This document shows, one piece after another, positions 26,601 through 38,300 of a stretch of 39,906 bases of DNA (the stretch's first letter is position 1; each line of letters starts with the position of its first letter). The notes beneath the pieces were generated by a model. It did no database searches. It saw nothing but the letters and a program-made list of their open reading frames with translations, and was not told the DNA's origin. The stretch is from positions 1-39,906 of the IMG/VR virus record IMGVR_UViG_3300030107_003716; one strand, given 5' to 3'. The position numbers and the translations under genes were made by a program. This DNA comes from a virus (taxonomy: Duplodnaviria > Caudoviricetes).

Positions 26601-29600
26601 TTATCAATAGAGGAGTTTAAAGAGCTAACTGGAATAGATGTTAGTGGGGTAACTGAATTAATAGGTAAGTCAGACATTACAGCTTTATGGGAGTTCCTTG
26701 CTGAGCCTGGTGTTCAAGATGCAATAAAAAAAGCTGGTTATGATGGTATTGCTGGAACAGAAAGCCATGGGAATAGAGATTTTAGCATGAATCAACTTGT
26801 GCAAGAAATTTTAAATGAGGATAGACCAGTTACTGAAGAAGAAGTTCGCAAAAGGTTACAAGCGAAATATAATAAATTTGCAACGATAGCCGTATTCGAA
26901 CCTACTCAAATAAAATCAGCATATAACCAGGGAACTTTTGACGAGTCGGACCCCAACATATCCTACCAGCTTGAGCCAGGAGTAGTAGATAAAGCAGTAG
27001 GTCTTTATCCAGATGTACTAGCTGATAAAAAGAAATCTGATAGGCTTAGATTAACAGTGGATAGAAGAAAAAAGGACCCTACTGTAGGAAGGCAGAAAAA
27101 TAATCGTGTAGAGTTTGAATTGGAAAATGGCGGTGTAATGATTTTAGGACGGGATAAAACCCCACAAGATTGGATTCGTCAAGTTGAAAGTGTATTGGAT
27201 GAGTCTGAAGTAATATCGGCAATGAATTGGTATGAGGAAGCTTATCCTTCATTCGTAGAGGAATTCGGAGAGGACCAGGCTATTCCTTACATGGTTGCTT
27301 GGCTTTTGGGAAATGTCCAGGCTAGTCCACAACAAGCATTATCAAATACCTTTTTAGGTGCAGAGCAATTAAAAGCGGAATTACCTTCTTTTAAATCTGC
27401 TGGTACTGGTCCAGTAGCAAAAAACATTAAGGATGTATTGCAAGGTAAAAGGGCTGAAAAGGGTGCTGGTGCAAAATTATATGATTTCTTAGATAGTGCT
27501 TTAGGGAAGGGGACCAGGACCATTATGCAAGATGACAAAAGAGGTCTTGCTCCAGTCGCTATTGATAGACACACTTTTAGAGATGCTGGTTTTGCAGATG
27601 CTATTATTAAAAATATTTTAAAAAGGTTAGCAATAGATAAAGATAGAGTAAAACGATTAAGATATGATACCAGGGGTTCAGCACCAAGTGATACTCAATA
27701 TGAGTATGCACTTGAATATATGAATAATTTAACCAGGGAATTAAATCAATTAGGCTATATGGGTGGTAACCTTAAACCTCACCAGGTCCAAGCTATTGGA
27801 TGGACAGCTATTGCAAGAATGTCTGAATCATCAGATGGGCAATCTATACCAGATGCGATGAGATTGCAACAGCCTACATTAGCATATGAAGTAGAATTTG
27901 GGAATAATACACCATATGCTCAAAAATATGGACCAGCGTGGAGCAAGTTACCGAGTTCAGAGCAGATAAAGGTCACTGATGACATTAATAAAAATATAGT
28001 ATCAAATCTAGCAAAAGAATTAGGGCTTACAATTAAGTCTACATCAACAAAAGCTTTAGGGTTTTGGGCAGATGAGTCTGCACCAAATGCTACTATTAAT
28101 GTTCGTGGTAGCAGTCAGGCAATTAAAGGTTTAATGAATTCTTTAGGTTATATCTTACAACAAGATGAAATAGGATTGATAAATAAAAGCCCCAAAAATA
28201 AGGGTCTTGGTTTGATTTATAGTCATCCTGAATTATCTAACCCCGATACCCAACAAGCTGTATATGATATTATTAGAGAAGCCACAGATGATAAAATAAC
28301 ACCTGGTGGATTATTTCAAATAGTAGATGGTACACCATCTATCCTTGTTTCAACATTTATCAATCAAGACAATGCTAATGACTATAAAGATGATATAGCA
28401 ATGGCTTTAGAAAATGTTAGGACAGAATTAGGAATGGAGTTAACTTTAAACAAGTTTGGAAGTAATTATGAAAGCACAAAAAACAACTGGAAACAAAACT
28501 CTGACGGTCAACGGTATCGAGATAAAATCAGTGAAACCCACAAGCACGATTTACTCGACAGACTCGACAATCATTATAGGCCGCAAGTTGAACAGTCCAT
28601 TGAATCAGCCCTCAAGCGAAACTCCGAACAACAGCGAAAAACTAGACAACTAGTACCCGACCCTGATTTAGCCGCTGAAATCAATGCGGCTGAGCAAGTA
28701 GACAAATCCCTAGAATTATCAGATGCAACGATATCTGATAGACTTAAAGAATTTATATTTGACACGATGCATCCTCTTGTATCTTGGCAAGGGGATATTC
28801 AGTCTCAATTCTTGGGGGATGCTAGAATTAGGGACCATCAAAATGTAACCCTAGCATCAGAATTATTTGTTGGTAAGGTCCCAGAAATTATTCGTGATAT
28901 TAATAAAGGCATTATTGATTCGGATAATCCAGAAAGCTTTATATCAAGGTTGGTAAATGCTGGTATTTCTACAGAGGATTTTAATACATATCTTCATGCA
29001 CTACACGCCCAAGAGCGTAATGACCATGTAGCTAAAAATAATGAGGAATTGCAAGATGGTGGTAGTGGCATGACCAATTCCCAGGCTAAATCATTAAAAA
29101 GAGAATTAAATAAAAAATATGGTTTAAAAAAGCTACGAACCTTTGTTAAGGAATTTAGAGAAAAAGTTATTGATGCTTCGCTAGATAAAAGATTAGAAGC
29201 TGGTTTAATAGACCAGGAATCTTATGATAGATTAAAAGCTACATATAAAAACTATGTTCCATTATTTAGAGTGATGGATAATAAACAAGCTATCTTAGAA
29301 GAGTCTAAAAGTAAAGTAGGGATGTTTGATGTTAAAGGTCCTGAATTTAAAAAATCTCGTGGTAGTACTAGAGAAGTTCAAAACATATTAGTTAGTGCTG
29401 TTGAACAGTTACATAGTGCTGTTGTTCGCTCAGAAAAGAACCTAGTTAATAAAAGATTATTAAGTCTAGTAGAATCATACCCTAGTGAGTCTTTTGAAGT
29501 TGTAGGTGTTCCACATAGGCCCGTTTATGATAAAGATGGTGAGATTGACTATATGGTCCCAATAGAAGGTGTTAGGGATAATGAGGATTATATTCATGTT

Positions 29601-31253
29601 AAGGTAGATGGGCAAACAAAGCGTATCATTTTTAAAGGGGAGCAAGGATTAAGAATAGCAAATGCTATGAAGGGTTTAGGGGTTTCAAGTGGCTCTAAAT
29701 ATCTTTATGCCATTAATAATTATTTACGATATGTCAATACAATAGCTAATCCAGAATTTATTGTTACTAATTTTGTTCGTGATGTTCAAACTGCTGGAGT
29801 AAATATTGGTGCAGAGCAAGGCTCTGCTGTTTTATTCCAGGCTTTATCCCCTAAAAACTTAAAGAATTCCTGGAAAGCTGTATTTAATGTAGTTAGGGGT
29901 GCAGATACAGAATCTGAATGGGCAGAATTATATGAAAGAATGAGGAGAGCTGGTGGGAAAACGGGCTTTTTTGATTATGAAAGTATCTCAGATAAGCTAA
30001 GCAAGTTAGAAAAAGATTTGCAAAGAGTTGAAGATAAGGGTATTGGTGTTAAATCGGCTGGTAAATCCATACTTAATTTTGTTGAGAATTTAAATGATGC
30101 GACAGAATCCGCAGTTAGGCTTACACTATTTAAGGCTATGTTAGATAATGGATATAGTGAAGAACAAGCGGCAAGTGGGGCAAAGAATGTTACAATCAAT
30201 TTTAATCGTAAGGGTCAAATAGGCGGCTGGTTAAATAGTCTATATTTATTTTCCAATGCTGGACTTCAAGGTAGTTATAGAATATTTGGAGTATTAAAAA
30301 ATTCTAAAGGTGCAAGAAGAGCAGTAGCTGGTTTAGCGGCATTAGGAGTTACAGAGTCTATATTTAATAATATGGCAAGTGAAGATGATGATGAATACGA
30401 AAAGTTAAGTGATTTTGAAAAAGATAATTATTACATCATGCGATATGGACCAGGGGACAAATATTTTAAAATGCGATTACCTTATGGATATAATGTATTT
30501 AAAGTAGTTGGAAATATCGCTGGTGATATTGCCTGGAATCAAATGCAAGGTAAGCCAATAGAAATGGATAGGCAAATGGCAAGGTTCTTAGGTGCTGTGA
30601 ATGCATCATTTAATCCACTTGGCTCAGGGCCTTTTGAGCAAATGATTGTGCCAACAATTGCTGAGCCTATTTTACAGCTAGGTACAAATAAGACTTTTTA
30701 TGGTGGACCTCTAAAGCCAGAAAACCCATATGGTCCAGAAAAAGCAGAAATAGAAAAGTATTGGGGCAAAACCCCAGATGTATATAAAAAATCTGCACAA
30801 TACTGGTTCAAGTTAACGGGTGGAAAGATTCGATATGATAAAAATGGTGAGATAGACCATGCTGTAAGAGGTTGGGGTGGTTGGTTAGGAGATTGGAGTC
30901 CAGAAACATTGGAATGGTGGGTAAACTACCTAGGTGGTGGATTAGGCCAGACTACTATTCGTTCTCTAAATACAGTAGGTGGTATTGCTACTGGTGAAGC
31001 TGATTTTAGTAAAGCTCCCTTCCTTAGACAGTTTTATGGTGAATTTAAAAAGGATTCAGAAAAACGAGCCTTGTATTATTATGAAAAACAAATGGGTCGG
31101 GAACTTTTTGATTCAGCTACTAGGTTAAAATATCACACATATTTAAAGTCGTTTAGAGATAAGGGAAACCTTACCCAAAAAGAATATGAACAAAGAAATA
31201 AAAAATTTATAAAAGCACAGAAAAAAGCAATGAATCTGACGAAAAGTAAATAA
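23664..31253 (+). CDS. Giant polyvalent internal virion protein with two ART-PolyVal-like modules and an LPD38-like C-terminus
   Basis: Two FK.WFG.S....P...YHG...GYDG...F.P.QIKS modules; NPEFIVTNFVRD, INFNRKG, LYLFSNA and RLPYG motifs; N-terminal Gly/Ala hydrophobic helices. Confidence 0.8.
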   Translation: MSDWRTVLSQSFKDNPIAESNNLDDSGNDKSIVDVILEAEKDPNIHFEPEDQYGLPKQLNTITKLRKDGWDNSRIFKAMELETAEQDKVRKPGSSLDTPKEKPKQIIKKNKRSLGQKTAEQFRRTATSSKLDQMYFLSFTQSPGSLPLEEVQELIDEYEEMVERDPIEAENWAEYIMNATGGLAGTMAEGLKAGVPWATAGATGAAMVGAATPMIPDEWATVPLSAGTGMAIGSTVFWTQQGSGMMLRNMIDRGVDDNTALMLSSLGGLFYGAIEQMQVGRLIPEGVQKEANKAITNGVIKFVKNATDRYGKDWARNIAEEELQLGVEVITTELGAVLEGVETREAKDIWDEAVETAKQTAAGLLPMYGGKAAVNVGVDKGPATIGKIVGSLVDTSKEMELPSKVSKEEALTVESQAQQITNDKANDFNIVYKKENDGSMEISEEELLATGYNIDLNKLPVSREDENGNKFYAVKIKGETDSQGNISINSSADRSTLLEETVESRLKQLQRSKNAEDQALVEQIRIWTDAVRKKASELGLNLRFDESVEGNIELFSDAILYTVGGFKGLSKEFEDTIYIPEALSNEFIAKFGKMSDGSNVFDMLKGSESGVTAKREFQKGVDEEIKFENYIRDSFARPPPAKPTAKSKLQKKTKQMVPGENTKTPSFKNWFGDSKVLDNNNQPLVVYHGTNKDFDEFKIGANESDPKQFGFHFGPQEQANARIDSVVKAGIMAKRGTNIKPVYLSIKNPLRLPDLSQWTPYQIGEALDRYYPDLFFDYEGESLFDVLADFEGQDKYDYDSEAMESDQMDYVRKLIQSKGYDGVIYSNQYEGESGMPSPMFGRHIETINDLGNNSYIAFKPEQIKSVFNTDFDAGSPTFQLEPGENTKTPAFKKWFGKSVVQNDGIPVMMYHGSPYSFDKFATDKDGLTWFGDDPEIANVYAEQRVRELGEADYSGAEQVYPVYLKVENPLILTKDLNDNLSIEEFKELTGIDVSGVTELIGKSDITALWEFLAEPGVQDAIKKAGYDGIAGTESHGNRDFSMNQLVQEILNEDRPVTEEEVRKRLQAKYNKFATIAVFEPTQIKSAYNQGTFDESDPNISYQLEPGVVDKAVGLYPDVLADKKKSDRLRLTVDRRKKDPTVGRQKNNRVEFELENGGVMILGRDKTPQDWIRQVESVLDESEVISAMNWYEEAYPSFVEEFGEDQAIPYMVAWLLGNVQASPQQALSNTFLGAEQLKAELPSFKSAGTGPVAKNIKDVLQGKRAEKGAGAKLYDFLDSALGKGTRTIMQDDKRGLAPVAIDRHTFRDAGFADAIIKNILKRLAIDKDRVKRLRYDTRGSAPSDTQYEYALEYMNNLTRELNQLGYMGGNLKPHQVQAIGWTAIARMSESSDGQSIPDAMRLQQPTLAYEVEFGNNTPYAQKYGPAWSKLPSSEQIKVTDDINKNIVSNLAKELGLTIKSTSTKALGFWADESAPNATINVRGSSQAIKGLMNSLGYILQQDEIGLINKSPKNKGLGLIYSHPELSNPDTQQAVYDIIREATDDKITPGGLFQIVDGTPSILVSTFINQDNANDYKDDIAMALENVRTELGMELTLNKFGSNYESTKNNWKQNSDGQRYRDKISETHKHDLLDRLDNHYRPQVEQSIESALKRNSEQQRKTRQLVPDPDLAAEINAAEQVDKSLELSDATISDRLKEFIFDTMHPLVSWQGDIQSQFLGDARIRDHQNVTLASELFVGKVPEIIRDINKGIIDSDNPESFISRLVNAGISTEDFNTYLHALHAQERNDHVAKNNEELQDGGSGMTNSQAKSLKRELNKKYGLKKLRTFVKEFREKVIDASLDKRLEAGLIDQESYDRLKATYKNYVPLFRVMDNKQAILEESKSKVGMFDVKGPEFKKSRGSTREVQNILVSAVEQLHSAVVRSEKNLVNKRLLSLVESYPSESFEVVGVPHRPVYDKDGEIDYMVPIEGVRDNEDYIHVKVDGQTKRIIFKGEQGLRIANAMKGLGVSSGSKYLYAINNYLRYVNTIANPEFIVTNFVRDVQTAGVNIGAEQGSAVLFQALSPKNLKNSWKAVFNVVRGADTESEWAELYERMRRAGGKTGFFDYESISDKLSKLEKDLQRVEDKGIGVKSAGKSILNFVENLNDATESAVRLTLFKAMLDNGYSEEQAASGAKNVTINFNRKGQIGGWLNSLYLFSNAGLQGSYRIFGVLKNSKGARRAVAGLAALGVTESIFNNMASEDDDEYEKLSDFEKDNYYIMRYGPGDKYFKMRLPYGYNVFKVVGNIAGDIAWNQMQGKPIEMDRQMARFLGAVNASFNPLGSGPFEQMIVPTIAEPILQLGTNKTFYGGPLKPENPYGPEKAEIEKYWGKTPDVYKKSAQYWFKLTGGKIRYDKNGEIDHAVRGWGGWLGDWSPETLEWWVNYLGGGLGQTTIRSLNTVGGIATGEADFSKAPFLRQFYGEFKKDSEKRALYYYEKQMGRELFDSATRLKYHTYLKSFRDKGNLTQKEYEQRNKKFIKAQKKAMNLTKSK

Positions 31254-31297
31254 TCATGTTTAATACTTCTGCACAGTATTGAAAATTTGGAGTAACC

Positions 31298-32113
31298 ATG
31301 GCATCTTTAATTAATAAAACACCAGCGGAAACCTACAAAGATTTATTAACCGTAGCATCCGCAACAAATAACCAGGGCCTAGAAAGCTCATTAAAAACTG
31401 TTTTTGATGGTGAGGGAATAGCATCTGCGATACAGCTTTCTACCACACACCTTAAAATACCTTCTGGTAAAACATTAGAAATCGCTGGGACATTAAGTTG
31501 TGTTGATGCAACACTTACGGGAGATTTAGCAGTAGGTGATGATTTAACCGTTACGGACCTTATTTCTGGTGCTAGTATGGTCCTAACTGGAAGTATGACC
31601 TCAGATAGTGCTACGATAGGCGGTGGATATGGTTCAACGGGTGTTACAATCACTTCTGCTGGAAATATCCAGGCAAATGGATTATTAGCAGTAGATGGCA
31701 CTTCTACATTAGCTGGTGAAGTTCAAATTGGTGGTGGACATGGAAGTACTGGGGTTACAATAACTACTACGGGAAATATTAGTATGGATGGTAATATTTC
31801 TTGTAATGAGTTAAAAACTACTTCGGGAAGTATTTTATCGGCAAGTGGTACTCCACCAAAAGTAAAGCTAGATGATGACACAAAAGTAAAATTAACAGTA
31901 ACAAAGTCTGGTGCTGATAAAGAAATCCTTACAGTTGAAAAAACGGGTACTGCAACATTTAAAGATGAGGATGGGGATACAAAATTTACAGTTAAGGATG
32001 ATGGAAGGTTAAAACTCAAAACTCTTACCACATCACAAAGAAATGCACTCAGTTCACCAGTGGTTGGTGAAATGGTTGCAGACGATAGTGGAAATATCCA
32101 CATATATATGTAA
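31298..32113 (+). CDS. Tail-associated beta-helical structural protein
   Basis: Internal repeat IGGG(Y/H)GSTGVTIT..GNI x2; LTTSQRNAL..P..G.MV C-terminal motif. Confidence 0.6.
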   Translation: MASLINKTPAETYKDLLTVASATNNQGLESSLKTVFDGEGIASAIQLSTTHLKIPSGKTLEIAGTLSCVDATLTGDLAVGDDLTVTDLISGASMVLTGSMTSDSATIGGGYGSTGVTITSAGNIQANGLLAVDGTSTLAGEVQIGGGHGSTGVTITTTGNISMDGNISCNELKTTSGSILSASGTPPKVKLDDDTKVKLTVTKSGADKEILTVEKTGTATFKDEDGDTKFTVKDDGRLKLKTLTTSQRNALSSPVVGEMVADDSGNIHIYM

Positions 32114-32125
32114 CAATAAAGGAGA

Positions 32126-32329
32126 ATGCACATGAATAAGCTAACTCAACAAGAAATGGAGTTCGTCATTCAGGCTATCGCAAATACACAAATCCAGGCA
32201 AAGGATTCTGCATTTGCACAAGGTGTTCTTGAAAAGCTAGGAGCAGAGTATCAAGCTATGCTTAAAGCTAATGAAAAGAGCAACAAGAAGCAGTCTGATA
32301 ACTCGAACTCAAAAAGTGCGAGTGCTTAA
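32126..32329 (+). CDS. Hypothetical protein
   Basis: AAGGAG RBS. Confidence 0.65.
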   Translation: MHMNKLTQQEMEFVIQAIANTQIQAKDSAFAQGVLEKLGAEYQAMLKANEKSNKKQSDNSNSKSASA

Positions 32330-32332
32330 AAG

Positions 32333-35300
32333 ATGGCTGAGTGGAAAAAGCTATTAGTAGCAAATCCTTCAGCTAGTGACATAGCATCTTCCCCAAGTTC
32401 GGGGAAGGTGCTAAAGGTCGGTAGTGGCGGTGCATTAGAATGGTCAACAGATTCTGGTGGTTCATTTACAACTAGTGGCACAGTAGCATCCTTTATTGGA
32501 ACAAAGACAGAGGTAAAAACAACTTCGGCAGATGCTATTGGAGTTGTATTAGAATTACTAAAACATTCTGCATCTCCAGCGAATAACGATGTTATCGGAA
32601 CGATTGCATTTGATAGTAATAATTGGGATTCAGATGGAAGTGAAGTAGACGGCAGTCAAAACTATGCACAAATAATAGCAACTGCTACAAATGTAGAATC
32701 TGGTGCTGGTGCTGGTAAACTTGAGTTTAAAGCAATTCATGCTGATACTTTAGCAACTAGATTAACGATTGATGGCACTAAAACTACATTTGGTGGTTAT
32801 GCAGTATTTGGAAGTGGTACTGCTATCGTAGGTAACAATAGTCTTATCGAAAGAATGGCTGAGTATCAAGGTAGGCAAGGAACAAATTCTAAAATTGAAA
32901 TGCATTCTACTGGGGATGTTAGCATACGAAGTAGTTCTACAGATGATGCTTTTTATATAAAAGATGATGGCAAGATTGGCATTGGCACAAACTCGCCTAG
33001 CAATACGCTTCATGTTAATGATTCTGCTGAAGTTACTGCAAAAATAACTTCAAGTAATTCAATCGGTACTCAATTAAGTCTTGATGCAGATGGTACTGGT
33101 GGTGGGGAATGGAAATTAGTTTCGGGTGCTAATGGTGCTGGTATAGGTGGTGGTTCTTTTGGCATATTTAATAATGCATATAGATTTAATATTTCTTCTA
33201 CTGGACTAGTTGGAATTGGAGTTGCAAGTCCCACAAATAGGCTCGATGTTGGTGGAGCTACTTTAATTGGCACTCACGATGGAGCATTTACAGTAGATGA
33301 AGGTTCAAATATGTTGGTTGTTAATTCAACTGACTCTCAGATTTTTTCATTAAGAAGAGCAGATGCAAACAAGCAATGGAATTTTGCTATTGGTTTAAGT
33401 GGTGAATTGACATTTAGAGAAAGGTCAAACGATACTGGGACTGGAAATAATCGTGTTACTATCTTAAAAGATGGTAAGGTTGGAATTGGAACTACTACAC
33501 CTAGTGATGCACTTCATATTTATAATGCTAGTTCTAGTCTTGCTTTAAAAGTAGAGAGGGATAATGGCTCAACTGCAATGGTTTCTGCTGGTGGGGCTAC
33601 TTCTTATTTTGGTACTAATGATGCTACAGATGTAGAAATAGGAACAAATTTAAGTGGTACTGCTCAAGTAATGATGTTCCTTGACCATTCTACAAACAAG
33701 ATTGGGATTGGTACAAGCTCTCCAGTGGAAAAATTGGATGTTAGGGGAGATATTTTATCGACTGGTGATATAACAATACTTTCAAATCAATATTTAAGAG
33801 CAGATAATAGTGCTGGTGCTGGAATAAATAGCAATAGAATAAAACTTAAAAATCATAGTACTGGTGATATGGAGTTTACTCTTGAGAGTAATGATTATGA
33901 TTTCGTATTTACAAATGGTCAAGTCGGGATAGGAACACTTTCACCCGAAACTGTTTTACACGCTGAAGGCACTGGTCATATATCTACTGTTGAAAGTACC
34001 AATACAGTTGCATATCAACAATTTTGGAATACAACTAGTGGAAACAATACAACTAATAACGGATTAACTGTTGGATTAAATGGTGCTGATGCTTATTTCC
34101 ATCATAGGGAAGATGGAAAAATATATTTAGGTACTAATGATACAACTAGAATGACAATCTATCACAATGGAACCAAATCTAGAGTTGGAATTAATCACAC
34201 TAGTCCCGATTATGCACTTGACATTATTAATGATGGAGACAATCAATTTAGGGTAGGTAGGTCAGCTAGTAAATTTGTTCGTATCAGCGATGATGTATTG
34301 GCATTTACTGGAATGACTGGTAATGGCATGAGGATTTTAACAACTGATGCTAGTGATATAAAAATAGGTACAAATGGCACTACTGATAAGCTTGTTATTA
34401 AATCTACTGGAAATGTTGGAATTGGAACAGATGCTCCTACTCAGAAACTAGTTGTTTGGGGTCAATTAATGCTTGACAGTTGGATTCGTGGCTATGAAGA
34501 TAGTAGTGGTCATACCTATGAGCGATATTGGATGAATTTTAATAGTGGTAATCCATTATACAGAACTGGTGGGGATGATAAATATCATAAGTTTGAAAGA
34601 TATACTGGCGATGAAGTTGTTATGGTTGTTGGTGGTACAAATAAGCGAGTTGGAATCGGAGTTACTTCTCCTACTGAAAAGCTCCATGTTGATGGAAATA
34701 TTTTATCTACTGGCTCGTTAACGGCAACATCTGGTTTAATAAAGCCATCAAGTGGCTCTGCTCAAGTAGTTATTGAAGGTCATGAAGATGCTAAATTAGT
34801 TATTAAATCAGATTTAGGTGGTGCCTTAGCAGATTGGTGGACTATAAAGGCACACGAATCACCCCAAGATTTAACTATTACAAATGGCAATAGTGAAAGA
34901 TGGAGACTTACTAATGGTGGAATAATAACTACAAAAACAGAAGGTAGTGCTTATCCATTAAATATTTATTCTTATGGAAGTTCTGCAAGAATAGGAATAA
35001 CTGCAACTAAAGGAACACTGGCTAGTCCAGTTGATATTGATGAAGATGGTTATTTATTAGGTGGCTTAGATTTTTATGGATGGGAATCTAGCAGTAACAG
35101 AAGAGGGGCATCTATACTTGGTTATACTGCTGGAGTTTGGAGTTCTACACAATATCCAACTGATTTAGCATTTCTTACTGTACCAACATCAAGCACAACA
35201 CCTACTGAAAGAATGCGAATTGCTTCATCGGGAAATGTCGGAATTGGAACTGATGCACCAGCAACTGACCTTCATGTTGCTAATGCTAGTGACCATGCAA

Positions 35301-38300
35301 TAATTAGAATAGAAGGTGCATCAAATAAAGATGCTACTTTACAAATGTTTGGAGATAGAGATTGGATTTTACAAAATGATGGAGATGGTACTTTAGGTAC
35401 AGCAGATTATTTTCACTTATATGATTTAACTGCTGGTGCTTCAAGAATAGTTGTTGATACATCTGGTCATATCGGGATGGGAACAGTAAGTCCAGCACAT
35501 CAATTAGATATTCAAGATATTGGAGTTACAGAGGCTAGGGTTAAGTCTACTAGTCATACTAGTGGAAGTGGTAGAGCAAGATTAATATTAGATGGAAAAG
35601 CTGATATTTCAGAAGTCTTTTTTGCAAATACTGGTACAAATAAAGCATCTATATATATGGACTCAAGTGCTAGTCCAAATAAGTTAGGAGTTTGGAGTTT
35701 TCTTAATAGTAGTGTTATAACTGTTTGGGATTTAACTAACGACCGAGTTGGGATTGGCACTCAAACGCCCACTGAAAAGCTTCATGTCGATGGTAATATT
35801 CTAACTACTGGTGAATTAAAATATAGTGGTAATGGTGCAATAAGAATGGGTGCCGCTAATAGTCTCTTTACTTTACAAGGTGGTACTGGTGCTAATGCTG
35901 GAATGGATGGAAAGATACAAGTATATGGTCAGTCTTCTAATTGGGGAAGGGTTGTAATTAACTATGGTTATCAAAATGCAAGTACAAAATTAAGTTTTAC
36001 TGTTGATGATACAGAAGAGGCAAAGATAGGAAGATATGGAAGTTTTCATGCTAATGTTAGAAATGTAAATAATGAAGGAATATTTATTGGAGCTAGTGCA
36101 AGTATTGTATGGGGTAATCCAGAATTAACATATAGAGTAAGTGCTGACCAAAAACATCGCTTTGATATTGATGGTTCTACTAAGATGTTATTAGAATCGG
36201 ATACTCTTAAATTATATACTGCAAGTTCATTTGACACTACTTCAGTAGCTACTATGATTTCTTCATCTGCTATGAATTTTGTAGGTGGGGATGATATGAG
36301 AATCCTATTTACTGAAGGGACTTCTACATATCGTGGAATGATAGGATACGAACACGCTGGTAGTACCTATGTGGGTATTTGGGATAGTGGTAGTTCTAGC
36401 ACTCCTTCTTTGGTATCTCAAGGGGGTAAAATCGGAATTGGTACGACCTCACCAGTAGAAAAGCTAGATATTTCTGCTGGTAATATACGACTCGATAATC
36501 AACAGATGTTAACATTTGCGACTACGGATTCAGAGAGTGGAAGGGTAGGTATCCAAGGCGATGAGAGTAGTGATTTTATAAGATTTAGAACTGACAATGC
36601 TAATAGAATGGCAATTACTAATAGTGGTGTTGGTATTGGAACAATCGCTCCTACACACCCTCTTGAACTACACGAGGCTGGGACTATGGGATTTTTTGAC
36701 CATGATTATACTGGCTTTGTTACCCAAAATGCTGGAGAATCTCCGAGACAGACTTTTATAAGGTCAAGAGGGACTAATGCATCTCCAACAGCAATTACAA
36801 GTGGAGATGTTTTAGGTGAAATTTGCTATTATGGGACTACTGCTACTGATAGCCTTAGAGAATCAGCAAAATTACGAGTAGTTTCAGAAGGAACTATTGG
36901 TAATGCCTCAATTCCATCATATTTTCAATTTTTAACAACTAAAGAAGGTGAAACAGCTTCAGCGGCAAGAATTAAAATAGACCATGCTGGTAGGATTCTT
37001 GTTGGAAGACAAGATGTAGGTTCTTCCGATTCTACTAATTTTTCTGCTCAGTTTACAGATACTTCTGGAACAAATGCTATTCATCAATTTGGACAACAGT
37101 ATACTAATTATAGGACTGAAGGTGCTTCTATTCAGTTAGGTAGACATGGGGGAACTACTGCAAGTAGAGCAGTTATAGCTGATACTGGGGCTGGTGATGG
37201 TACTGTATTAGGAACTTTAAATTTTAGAGCTTATTCGCCTGGTGGAGGGTCACCGACATTTCATTTAGCGGCTCAAATACAAGGTGTTGTAGATGGAAAT
37301 TTTGCTACTAATTCTGCTCCCGGTGCTTTAGTATTTCTTACTCATAAAGATTGGGCTACAAGTGGCAATAATGCTACTGAAAGAATGAGATTGACTGCAT
37401 CGGGTAGACTTGGAATTGGAACTGATTCTCCAATACAACCTCTTCATATTTATTCAAATAATAATAATTCTGATGTAAGTGTAATTATAGATAATGATAA
37501 TGCTGGTGGAACTTGTGGATTAGGGTTTGCAAGTGGTGTTGGGGATAATGTAGCAATAGGAATTGAAAAAGTTGGAAGTAACTTTGCAATAGAACAAGGT
37601 CTAGGACTGGCTGGTAGTGGAACAAGAATGTTGACGATTACTCCACAAGGCGGTGTTGGCATTGGAATAGATGCACCACATACTAAACTTCATGTTGAAT
37701 CGTCATCTAATGACATTTTACAGATTGAAAATAGCCAAACAGACCATAGCTCTGCGAGACAAGCAAATATAAGATTTGTAACTAATTCTACTATATCTAA
37801 TCTCAATATAGGAAACATCGGGTATCAATCAACTGATAATACTTGGGATGGTGTAAAATTTATTCAACAAATAAATAATGGAAATGCTGTTCAAACTATA
37901 GCTGAAAATATTCGTGGTAATACTTGGAAGTGGTTTACTGGTGGAACACAAAGAATGAGTATTGCCTCTGATGGTAAAGTCAAAATGGGTACGGATATAA
38001 CAACTACTGCTAGAGGATTTCTTGATGTAAAAGGCGATGGTCATAATCAAGGATTTTATGTTGGTGCTGGTTCTGTTTATCTACCAACTGATATAGGACA
38101 TTCTAGTGGTGGATATGGATTTGATATAAAAACAGTAAACCTTAGAATGGGTACTGATGGTCATGGCGATATAACTATCAAGTCAAAGTATGCTGGTAAT
38201 GATATGATTCTTGGTACTGCGACTCATCCAAAGGCATTAAGGATTGTAGATGAACACGCTGGATGGGTGCAAACTGGTAAAGAATTTACGGATGGTGGTT

